Source of the DNA: Selaginella moellendorffii
Taxonomy: Eukaryota; Plantae; Lycopodiophyta
Length of the DNA stretch: 64,000 bases
Assembly (NCBI RefSeq): GCF_000143415.4
Contig: NW_003314371.1
Coordinates: 517,463 to 581,462, forward strand
Direction of reading: 5' to 3'
Shown: positions 37,675-48,629 of the stretch, in pieces
How the letters are laid out: every line of letters starts with the position of its first letter
Position numbering within the stretch: position 1 is the first letter of the stretch
Translations under genes and position numbers: made by a program
The notes under the pieces: model-generated
Told to the model about the DNA's origin: nothing
Databases searched by the model: none
What the model saw: the letters and a program-made list of their open reading frames with translations, nothing else

Positions 37675-38352
37675 CTATATCGTTTCTGGATAAGATCTTC
37701 GCAAGATAAAGATGCCAATGTCTTCGCTTTGCCACTGCGGGTGGAGCTCCTCGCTTGGAACGCGCGTAAATTCCAATCCGAGCTCCCTAAGCTTGTGGAA
37801 GCACTCGGTCGTCCCAATTCGCAGCTCGTAGGCCAGGAGGATCCTTGTGCTCTCGCCCGACAGATCCAGTAGCGTCTTTGCCAGCGCGGGCACCGCCTCA
37901 ATGTCGTACAGGATATCCGAGCACAGCACGAAATCCACTGGTGCCGCCACCTGCGAGCAATCGGCGCCCCATTCCAGCTCCAACACCCTCACTCTACTCT
38001 CTAGTTGATTCGCCTCCACATTGCGGCGCAAGCACGGCAGCAATCCAGCGCGGTCAGTGAGGATCACCTCCGACGCGCCCAGCAGCGCCGCCGCCATTCC
38101 TGGCAGCCCCGTTCCTGCTCCCAGCTCCACGACCCTCTTGTCCTTGAAGCCGTGGTGCCCCAGCCCTAGCTCCGCCGATACAGGCGCGATGTCGGCGCCG
38201 CCACTCTCGCCTATGGCGGCAATTGAATCCAGCCAGTGCGTTAGGACTAGAGCACAGTCCCAAACCCACGCGCCTGTAAAGCACTTGCCCTCCCTGGAGG
38301 GATCATCCTCCAAGACCGCAATGGATGTCCTTCCTATCTCTACTTGCCTCAT
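37675..38352 (-). CDS. METTL21/Methyltransf_16-like protein methyltransferase (intronless)
   Basis: TGAWVWDCA, VVELGAGTG and SDILY motifs. Confidence 0.88.
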   Translation of the reverse strand: MRQVEIGRTSIAVLEDDPSREGKCFTGAWVWDCALVLTHWLDSIAAIGESGGADIAPVSAELGLGHHGFKDKRVVELGAGTGLPGMAAALLGASEVILTDRAGLLPCLRRNVEANQLESRVRVLELEWGADCSQVAAPVDFVLCSDILYDIEAVPALAKTLLDLSGESTRILLAYELRIGTTECFHKLRELGLEFTRVPSEELHPQWQSEDIGIFILRRSYPETI

Positions 38353-39879
38353 AGAGCCCTAAAATTTAGATTTAAAATAAGGTTGTGATTTTCTTATAAT
38401 AAATTTTCACCTTAATTATTTTATAACACAAAATTTTCCTACTTTGAATCCTTATTAATTAGTAGCATCCAAAGGCTTCTTCCCCAAGTGCGTTAGACAT
38501 TAGATGCTTTTTTTTCTCCTCTGCATCACAGATTATCCTGTGGACAAAGGCACTAACCTTGGTTATTACGAAGACCAGATTTAGTTGCCATGGCTGGTGA
38601 AATCAACAATCATGGAATGAAAGTTCATTTCAACAAATTAAAAGTAATTTCCTTCCCAATGTAGATGAGAAGCAATGCAAGGTATGGGAACTTAGTAGTG
38701 TCAATAACCACAACATTCAATGCCATTGCCTCCAGTCTAAGAACCTCTGCACAAGGACCAATCTCCACTTGATGGCATAGACAAAGGAGCTAGGTGTAAT
38801 TGTCATAAAGCTTGTCTAAAATCAGTACTAAGAGAAATGTGATGAAACCCAATGTTTAAATTTTGATTAATCATATACTTTTTAATTTTAATTTATATTT
38901 AAATCACTAACAACTCTTATAATCAAGCAACTATTTCTTTTCAAGTTTTGCTACTTAATATTGAAGCAAATCACATGGGATTAGTGTCTACCTAAAATAA
39001 AGTATAATTCTATTCACATTATAAACTTATTAGCTTAAATAATCTATTGTCCATAGAGTATCTATTGCTAAACTATAAGAATAAATTAACAGATGAAATT
39101 CTAAATAATTATTAATTAAATCAGATCCTATAAAATAAAGGTCATACAAATATAGAAGGTTTATTGCAAGATTCTCATAAAATAAAAACATGGGTTTCAA
39201 AAAAGTACATCTTATAAGAGAATACACTATAAAAATTAAAATATTCCTATTCATGAGGGATGATGAGAAAGGAGAATTAAACTCTTTTAGGTTTCATAAA
39301 CATTATTCAAATATTACAAATTAAGTCACCATTATAAAAACTAAAATTTTAATATAACAATTAAGGTTATAGAAACTTGGTTTGCAAAATTAAAAATTAA
39401 GTAAGTGGTTTCTATAGAAGAAAAGTAAAAAAAGTAAAAAGAGAAAGCAAGTAATGAATTAAAGAAAGGGAATTAAATATTAATGTTATTTAATATTGTC
39501 ATTGTATATATTGAACACATAGTTTAAGTGAGGAGAAAATCATATATTAATATGTGATGAAGTTGGAATGATTGTTAATAATGGATTTAAAGTTCTTAAA
39601 GATACAATTTCATAGTAAAAAAACTGATTAATTAAGTAATTATAAAAATTTACAAGGTATTAATTTGAGATAACATTTAAATCTTTTCCTAATGAGCAAA
39701 AAGTGTACTTCCATCAATTCATTAAAAAGTTACAAAAATAAGATATGGGATGTTTTAAGAATTTTATTTATATACATAATTTTAATGATATTCTATTAAT
39801 GTTTATTTTGATAAATATAAAATTATTAATTTACTTATCAATTAAAAAACTCATTATTCCCTTTTGTATTTGATGCTGA

Positions 39880-42800
39880 AAATAATAATAATTGGATTTG
39901 GTACCTTACATTTGAAATGTTGATTAAAACTCATATCAGAATAATAGTATACTTTACAATTTCCTCTTTAAATGATAGAAAACATGTTAAAAGGTGTTCA
40001 ATAAATGTTTGATAATGCATATAATAGACTTTTCATAATGCATTTTATTAAAAATTTGCACAAAATGGAAAACATTTTACATATTTACACCTTTGAACTT
40101 TAATGCATTTATAGCAAAAATTCATAATAAAAATCCAAATGTTACTTTTTGAATGTTAAATGTTTTAAAGCCAAATTAAAACAATTGTATTGTTTTAAAG
40201 GACAATGATTTAGATATTTAACAAGTAATATTTTAGAGTCTTTGAATGTATAATTAATTTAAAGTTGAAATATGCTTATCTTTGTGATATTTGAAAACAT
40301 TTGATGCAAAATAATTAACATATAGTATCATAAGCAAAAGTAATAGACAATGTAGAAAAGCTTCTTCATAATGCAATTTCATAAATTTACTATTATATTG
40401 TTATGCCTTTAAATCCTACTATATTCAAAATATAAATGCACAAATATACTGATGTGGTGAATATACTAACATAGTTTTGCTTATGCTTTAGATAATAAAA
40501 AATTAGATTGCCTTGTAATCACACAATTAGTGCAATGTTATAAAAAAAATGAGCATGCACACTAATATATGCTACTTGTGGGTATTTTTATCCTATTGAT
40601 ATTGAACATTTGAAAATGGATAGTATATTGCCATTAAAAACTCATAAACTTTTAGGATGTTTAAGAAAAATATAAATTCACATTGAAAATCTCGAGAAAG
40701 AGAAATGAAAATTTTGTTGTGGATGTTTTGGTTAATGTGGTAATAACTGATGCATAATGTAAAGTTTTAAAATTTCTTATTGATTTTTAGTTATAAACCT
40801 AATATAAAAACACTTTCCCTTTATTGTTTTACTTGATCTCAGCTGACCCCTAGTTGCCATACACTTCCATCGGCAGCCTTGGAGTGGCCATGGCTTGCAG
40901 CGGAGTCTTGAGGTAGCAAGAGCCATTGTAAACCTCCTCTATGGATGGTATTGTCCCTGGCACAAAGCTCCAATCAAAGCCGTGAATGAGATTGGCCACC
41001 AGCAGCTCCACTGTTCGCAATCCCAAGGGCATTCCAGGGCACATTCTACGACCGGATCCAAACGGGAGGAGCTCAAAGTTTTGGCCTTTGAAATCGATGG
41101 AGCTCCCCAAGAAGCGCTCTGGGTAAAACTGGGTGGGATTCTCCCACACTGCCGAATCCATATGCACAGCCCAAACATTCACCAGGAGAGTGGTTCCCTT
41201 TGGAACGGTATAACCGGCAATTGTGGCTTCCTGGGTGGCCATGCGTGGGAAAAGGAGCACTCCTGGAGGATACATTCTAAGTGTCTCCTTGAGAACAAGC
41301 TGGAGATAGTCGAGCTTTGGGATGTCGGATTCTTGGACCATCTGGTCACTGCCTACGACTCGGTCAAGCTCCTCCCGGAGCTTGATCAAAACCCGAGGAT
41401 TATGCATCACCAAGGCCATGATCCATTCGCTTGTGGTAGCAGTAGCGTCAGTCCCAGCCATAAGCATCTCCTGGAATGAAAGTTATAGCAATCACAAAGT
41501 ACATAAGAAGAAGTCTTACCAACAGATTTGCTTTAACGTGTGTTTCCCCCTGGGCATTATTTCCGTAGAACTCAAGCATGATATCAAGGAAGTCCTTGCA
41601 TTCCCGTGTCGTTTCCTTGTGCTCGTCAATGATCTTTCGCAAGAACTTCTCTTGTTTCGCATGGATTTGCTTGTACCGAGGGATCTGCCAGTCCAGCCAT
41701 CTTAAATACCACGGTACGAGGGTGCTAATGCACGAGGGATTGATCACCAGGTCGACAATGGAGAGCAGAATCTCTTTGAATTCTAAAGCGTCGGAGTCGA
41801 CTTCGTCTTCACCAAAGTACCTCTTGCTCATCAAAATCCTGGACATATTGTTGAAAGCAAAAATGGAGAACAGCGATCTTATTTCCACGGGCTTGCTGTT
41901 GCTGAAAGACTTTAAGATCTCTCCCAAGGCATGGGAGAGCTCCTCCTTTCTCATCCATGCAAATGAATCGATGGACTTGGCTGTGAAGAGCTCCATGGAA
42001 CACAGCTTGCGAGTGTCTTTCCAGTACTTCCCATATGGAGAAGTTCCAAGTCCCGAATAGTTATAGCTGAAGTGGTCGCCTAAAACCATGTATGGCCTGG
42101 AACCAAACTTTATGTCGTGTGTGGTAAATACTTCCTTGATTATCTTCTGGCTAGAGATAACCACAGTGGGCATCATTCCCATCTTCAAGAACACAATGGG
42201 GCCATACTTTCTGGAGATAGATTGTAAACTCCTATGTGGGGGCTTTCCTGCCAGTAAATGAAGGTGGCCGATCAGGGGCAGTCCCCATGGGCCTGGGGGG
42301 AGGTTTTTGAAAGATCTGTAGCGCCATGATAGAACTAAGAAGAGAATAAAAGCTACAAAGAGCACAACTGGAAGGATTTCCATGAACGCAAACCTCTTAC
42401 GCTGCCAATTGGAAAATTGCCTCTTTATATGGAAGTTCATAACACAACACCATACGTTCTAAGCAAGAGTTTGGTTCAATTGTGAGAACTCCAAGGCTAC
42501 GCATGGGACTTAGATACAAATTTTAAAAGAAAGTTTGAATATATGGTTAACATCGTTCATGTGACAAATAAACCTGCAGATGCAACACCTCGTCCAAATC
42601 TCATAGAACTCGCAATGGGACCCAACTTGTATTGTGCCTTGGAGCTGGTTTTGAGGAAAATGTAGCCACTAGCTCACGTCCAAAACTCGCAAACTCGTCA
42701 CCCGGCTGTGAATCCACTGTCCATTCTTGGTTTCCTTCATATGAACCAACCAAACAATAGAAGCTTCAAGCGTGTCAGATTTTTTGGTTTGAGCATTATG

Positions 42801-43800
42801 TGCAACTTTCTTTCTAGAAGGAGTTGACACGCTTGACTTTGAACGATAGTTTGGCTTTCCACGAGTTTTCTCATAACACATTCTTCCGGGAGAGCTCTGC
42901 AATACACCAGTCAGTCAAAGCCACAAAGTAACCTTTCTTTGGGTAATGTAAGCACAAAAGCCCCTAAAACTTATTCAAATGGACGGGCATACCGTTTCTC
43001 TACCAGCACTCTGCAACCTCAAATCTGTCCGACAGCAGGTTCTTAAGCTCATCATCGTCCGCGCCAACTACCGCCACCAGGATCTTCTGGAGCAACTGCT
43101 TCACCTCCCGGTTCAGCAACATAAAGTTGTCTCCCAGCCCGAAGCACGCCAGATGGATATGGCCGTCTTCACCTTTACCTTCGGTCCATAACACCCAGTT
43201 TGAGGGACTAACCAGCTTTGGCTCCTGTAGAAAGACCAGCAGCGTGACGATCCCGATATCTACGTCCAAAACACCGAACTCGCATTTAAGCTTGTCAGCT
43301 GAGACGGCTTGTAGCCATTCTTCGACAGGCCCTGGATGACAAGAACAAGGACTACCATTCTGCTCAGCTTCACCATACCAGCTTTCCTGCTCGGATTGGA
43401 CCTTTCGAGACAGTAATCTTGATGGAGAAAGCTGGGCCTTCAATGCTGGGGATCACACCAGTTCCTGCAGAACATCCGCATGTCAGTCGGCATGCTGCAG
43501 CTCAAGCTCGTTCCTTCATAAATGACACACTCTCAAAAATATAGCCCTTGAATGACCCGTGATGCAAGACCGCCCTCTTCGCAGCTCGCTGATCATTACT
43601 TCGATCCGGACTTTGAAGGCAATGCATGACATTCTTGCCTGATCAGCGGGAACTGCCGGAAGAATGCAGCCCCTAAACTCCGAGTCCATGCCGCAGTGCC
43701 GGAGGAACCAGCGCACACCTTACGTAACCAATCCCATGATGCCTCTCATAGCCGTATAAAATACATATGACGTTATTTGTCGGTGATGTTGTCACGTTTG
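39880..43800. repeat. Segmental duplicate unit A (AT-rich DNA + P450 + unknown degenerate gene)
   Basis: Collinear with about 48630-52750; offset 8781 bp over the P450. Confidence 0.92.
40850..42383 (-). CDS. Cytochrome P450, CYP71 clan, copy A
   Basis: Intron 41519-41471. Motifs AGTDA, ETLR, PERF and FGSGRRMCPG. Confidence 0.94.
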
Positions 43801-43842
43801 ACTCTGTGCCCGGACATATGGTGAAACAAGAGAAACGTAACT

Positions 43843-45321
43843 TCACCAGTGATCCCCACACGAGCAGGCTCCCTTCTCAAAGTGGTGGAACCGGTTCCCA
43901 TCTCTCACAAAAATCCTCTTCTCAGTGATATCTGAGAGGAGCTTGATCGCAGAGTGGCAGTCGGAGCACACCCGGTGGCTGTTGACGACTCTCAGCGGAC
44001 GAGAATCGTCTGGATCTTTGGCAGCGATTTGTCCGTAGGCGATGGCAAGTCTTTCGCTGTGGAAGCACAGGCTACGTTGTTTCTCCTCGCGTGTGCCACC
44101 CTGCTGCTCCAAGTAAACTTCACTCGTGTCGGGGACGTATCCAGCTTGCTTCATGGGCTCTAAAAGTTCCAGCAGCAGGGACCGGACCCTCTCCATCTTC
44201 CGGCCGTCGTGACCCTCCTGCTGCTCGTTTCTACCACCACCCATAAACATGTGTAGCTCGTTGTCAATCTCGATGTAGCTTACTGCCACTGGCCTCGTCA
44301 CTCCGCGCTCCTCCATCTCCTTCCGGACTCTTGGAGCGTCGTCAAATCGCTTGGCAGCGGCGTACATGTTGGAGAGGAAGACGTAAGGGAGAGTCTCTGC
44401 CGGTGCTAGCTCGAAAACTTTCCTGGCGGCTCTCTCGCCACGATCCAAGTCACCGTGGCGCTTGCAACCCGACAGTAAAGTCATCCAGGCCACTGCGTCT
44501 GCTTGATAAGGCATAGTTTCCACCAGCTCTTCGGCGTCTCCCAGTCTTCCCGAGCGGCCCAGAACGTCCACCATGCAAAGGTAGTGCTCCACCAATGGTA
44601 CCACTCCGTGGTCCATCACCAAAGACTGGAAGAAATCTCGACAATCAGCCAAGAGTGAAGTATGGCTGCAAGCAACCAGGACGCTCACGAACGTGATTCC
44701 GTCGGCTGGAATACCTTCCTGCTCCATCTTCCTGTAAATCCTGAGTGCCTGTTTCTTACGACCGTGCTGTGTGAAGGCGGCGATCATCGCATTGCAAGAG
44801 AAGGCGTCTCTCGTCTTCATCCTGTTAAACACGCGTCTCGCGTCGTCCAGGCTTCCACATCTCGCGTACATGCTGAGCAAGGAAGTCTCCATCTGCGGGG
44901 ACGCGAGATTGGCTTCCACAACTCGGTGATGAATCTCTCGGCCTTCGTCCAAAGCTCCCAGCAGTGCACAGGCATTGAGAGCACTGGAGAAGCTCACACC
45001 ACTCGGCTCCACGTCCATCCTCTTGAAAAGGTTGAGAGCCTCCTGTGGATTCCCATGCTGAGCGTAGGCCACGATCATCGAAGTCCAGGAGATCATGTTC
45101 CTAGCCGTCATGGAGTCGAAGACCTTCCGAGCTTCCACCGGGCTCCCACACTTCCCATACATTGTCACCAGCGCGTTCTGGACGACAACGTTCGTGTCGA
45201 ATCCCCGCGAAGCCAGGTGCCTGTGGACCTTCCTCCCCTTCTCCAAGTTCCCCAGCCCTTCAACAGCACCCAGGATGGTGGCGAACGTATAAGCGTTCGG
45301 TTCGATAGCCTCCACCTTCAA
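43843..45321 (-). CDS. PPR-E-DYW protein, 5'-truncated (first ATG at 45162)
   Basis: PLS motifs, E domain, HSERLA, CSDCH and terminal CSCGDHW. An in-frame TGA immediately precedes the ORF. Confidence 0.75.
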   Translation of the reverse strand: MKVEAIEPNAYTFATILGAVEGLGNLEKGRKVHRHLASRGFDTNVVVQNALVTMYGKCGSPVEARKVFDSMTARNMISWTSMIVAYAQHGNPQEALNLFKRMDVEPSGVSFSSALNACALLGALDEGREIHHRVVEANLASPQMETSLLSMYARCGSLDDARRVFNRMKTRDAFSCNAMIAAFTQHGRKKQALRIYRKMEQEGIPADGITFVSVLVACSHTSLLADCRDFFQSLVMDHGVVPLVEHYLCMVDVLGRSGRLGDAEELVETMPYQADAVAWMTLLSGCKRHGDLDRGERAARKVFELAPAETLPYVFLSNMYAAAKRFDDAPRVRKEMEERGVTRPVAVSYIEIDNELHMFMGGGRNEQQEGHDGRKMERVRSLLLELLEPMKQAGYVPDTSEVYLEQQGGTREEKQRSLCFHSERLAIAYGQIAAKDPDDSRPLRVVNSHRVCSDCHSAIKLLSDITEKRIFVRDGNRFHHFEKGACSCGDHW

Positions 45322-46199
45322 TCAGCCGCGGGCAGCTTCTCCCTGACGCCGCCTCGCGACCGCCGGCATACGCACGGAAGAACCCTAATTTCCGGTGTGT
45401 AAGTTCTTGATCCCCCAAAGCTGCTCGTCGTCATTTAGTCATATAGCGGCGAGATTCAGAGCCACAGCCAAGAGCCTATGATATATGTGCTAGCTGTAAG
45501 CTAGATTACGTTTTCAAATTTGTAGTACTTCCGAGTGCCAAAGTTCTAACTAAATGATGAAAACGCAAAATGAAAGTGATCACGAGATTGGCCTGGAAGA
45601 CATCCATGAGAACATTCTTTGAAACCAGCTCCAGCACTTACCTGAGCCAGATAACAATCTTTTCATTGCCAAGGTCGCCGATGTTCTCAACTTTCATCGC
45701 CTTCCATCGCAAAAGTAGCTCGTGGCTGCCGACCCACCTTTAACATTGAGTTGTTGCGTGGAAAACTGGTTTTAAGGAGTAGGTTTAGGGTCTAGGGTTT
45801 AAGGGTTCCGTTTAGGGGAGCCTCAGATTCGTGAGCAGCTCCTTGGCCACCAGCCTCTCGACACTCGAGTAGACGTTTGCCATGGCTCCAGATGGCTGGA
45901 ACCCGAGAGCTTGAGCACGATGATATCAGAAAGCGTAATAGTGCTGGGCTAGTCCAGAAAATGTGATGACTCTATACACTCTCAAGCTCTCCCCTATTAC
46001 GTGGTATCCCATGCCTGGAGCGCATTGGCTCGAACAAGCCTTCCCGACGTTCTCAGGAGAGCCCATGACATGAAGCTATTGAAGCAAAGGGACAACCACT
46101 ACTGCTGAACAAACAGATTCATTTCCATTTCTTTGTTTCTACTTTTTCTGATATAGGCGGGATCCAATGATCTGACTCACCAAAGTTGAAAAACCAAAA

Positions 46200-47009
46200 A
46201 AGGCTCACCCGATCGAAAACTTGCATTATTAGGGCTGTGGCAAAAGATGACACAGAGATAGTTGTGGAAGCACTTGATTTTCATCTCGTGTCGGAAGGAG
46301 AAGAGGTCATTGATAAGGGCGGCGTGATCAGCCACTGCGTTGACAAATGCTACAAACTCTGGAGATTCAACCATACCCTTATCCAGCTTGAGATCCATGC
46401 AAAACTCACACATAATGCCTCCGGATCCTTCAACGAAAACTGTCCCTCTCCGGAGCAACTGATATTTCTCGAGACTTGGGATGGATTTGGCAGATCGCAA
46501 AGAGGCCTCCTCCACCAAAGAATCCAGAAATGTTTTCAAACAAATCATATAGCGAGCAAACAGTGGGGATCCATGAGACTCCGAAAGCTCGACATCACCT
46601 CCTCAAACATGGCATAGCTAGGATGCTTCTGCTTCTCTTTTTCACTCAAGACATAGCTTTCCTTAGCAACTTCAAGCAGAATATCAGCAGTTTTTGTCCC
46701 CTCTTTCTCACTGATTGTCTCAGCAATGTCATCCAGAACAAAAAGAGTCCATAAATGCTTTGATGCAACCTCTACTTTACTGCTCTCTCCTCTAGGAGTC
46801 GCTACTGGGCCTAACGAACCAAATCTTGCCTGAATAGCTTTCTCTCTTTCATATGGATCAGTGATGCTTAACATTCGAATGGCCCATTCATCAGTAGCTT
46901 TGGATATCTTACTAGAATCAGGATGGCATTCAAAGGGAATGCTACAAGAGATGAAAGACAAATCAAACTTGGTAACTCTAGAGAATCTTTCAACCGAAGC
47001 ATCTTCCAT
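46200..47009 (-). pseudogene. Microbial terpene synthase-like (MTPSL) gene, frameshifted and 3'-truncated
   Basis: Intronless class I TPS motifs LDDIAE, Y..LRR.T and NDLFSFRHE. One base missing at the G4 run 46565-46568. No WxxxxxRY terminus found. Confidence 0.85.
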
Positions 47010-47301
47010 CTCTCTCTTTCGCTCACTACCTAGTTATAGATATAATGGGAAAAAACATTAAATTATATTGTACAACTCAGAAGGTATATTTTGCCCATTA
47101 ACCATGTGTGCCTACTGTTTAGTTAGAGGTTTATAGTTACAGATCTATCTGGCGTGGAGGCGCCATCAAGAATAGAGGAAAATTTTAAACATGAAGTGTT
47201 GAGCACAAATAATGTTTGCATGAAAACTTTTTTTAAGAATGCCAAATTAATACTTTAACGTCCACCATGTGGACATATGTTGAAACAAAAGAAACGTAAT
47301 T

Positions 47302-48615
47302 TCACCAGTGATCCCCACACGAGCAGGCTCCCTTCTCAAAGTGGTGGAACCGGCTCCCATCTCTCACAAAAATCCTCCTCTCAGTGATATCTGAGAGGAG
47401 CTTGATCGTAGAATGGCAGTCGGAGCACATCCGGTGGCTGTTGACGACTCTCAGCGGACGAGAATCGTCTGGATCTTTGGCAGCGATCAATCCGTAGGCG
47501 ATGGCAAGCCTTTCGCTGTGGAAACACAGGCTACGTTGTTTCTCCTCCTCGCTTGTGACACCCTGCTGCTCCAAGTAAACTTCCCTCGTGTCGGGGACGT
47601 ATCCAGCTTGCTTCATGGGCTCTAAAAGTTCCAGCAGCAGGGACCGGACCCTCTCCATCGTCCGGCCGTCGTGACCCTCCTGCTGCTCGTCTCTACCACC
47701 ACTCGTGAACATGTGTAGCTCGTTGTCAATCTCGATGTAGCTTACTGCCACTGGCCTCGTCACTCCGCGCTCCTCCATCTCCTTCCGGACTCTTCGAGCG
47801 TCGTCAAATCGCTTGGCAGCGGCGTACATGTTGGAGAGGAAGACGTAAGGGAGAGTCTCTGCCGGTGCTAGCTCGAAAACTTTCCTGGCGGCTCTCTCGC
47901 CACGATCCAAGTCACCGTGGCGCTTGCAACCCGACAGTAAAGTCATCCAGGCCACTGCGTCTGCTTGATATGGCATAGTTTCCACCAGCTCTTCGGCATC
48001 TCCCAGTCTTCCCGAGCGGCCCAGAACGTCCACCATGCAAAGGTAGTGCTCCACCAATGGTACCACCCCGTGGTCCATCACCAAAGACTGGAGGAAATCT
48101 CGACAATCAGCCACGAGTGAAGTATGGCTGCAAGCAACCAGGACGCTCACGAACGTGATTCCCCTCCTGCTCCATCTTCCTGTAAATCCTGACTGTGCCT
48201 GTTTCTTACGACCGTGCTGTGTGAAGGGGCGATCATCGCATTGCAAGCGAAAGCGTCTCTCGTCTTCATCCTGTTAAACACGCGCCTCGCGTCGTCCAGG
48301 CTTCCACACCTCGCGTACATGCTGAGAAAGGAAGTCTCCATCTGCAGGGACGCGAGATTGGCTTCACAACTCAGTGATGAATCTCTCGGCTTTCGTCCAA
48401 AGCTCCCAGCAGTGCACAGGCATTGAGAGCACTGGAGAAGCTCACACCACTCGGCTCCACGTCCATCCTCTTGAAAAGGTTGAGAGCCTCCTGTGGATTC
48501 CCATGCTGAGTGTAGGCCGTGATCATCAAAGTCCAGGAGATCATGTTCCTAGCCGTCATGGAGTCGAAGAACTCCTGAGCTTCCACCGGGCTGCCACACT
48601 TCCCATACATTGTCA
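47302..48615 (-). pseudogene. PPR-DYW pseudogene, duplicate of 43843-45170
   Basis: Highly similar to the first copy, with frameshifts around 48160-48380; truncated at about 48615. Confidence 0.85.
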
Positions 48616-48629
48616 CTAGCGTATAATAG

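Noticed and set aside
37675-38352. Methyltransferases as tailoring enzymes of a terpenoid cluster
   Set aside because: Both methyltransferases (here and at 2690) resemble protein methyltransferase families, not small-molecule OMT or SABATH enzymes.
38830-40840. hAT transposase relic (AYLCDI-like remnant) in AT-rich DNA
   Set aside because: Too degenerate, and no terminal inverted repeats or TSD were found.
42900-43740. ORFs in the duplicated unknown segment (also 51700-54420)
   Set aside because: Frames differ between the copies and no family motif was recognised; probably gene debris.
45781-45820. Interstitial telomere
   Set aside because: Only a few degenerate TTTAGGG-like units; more likely telo-box or promoter-type sequence.
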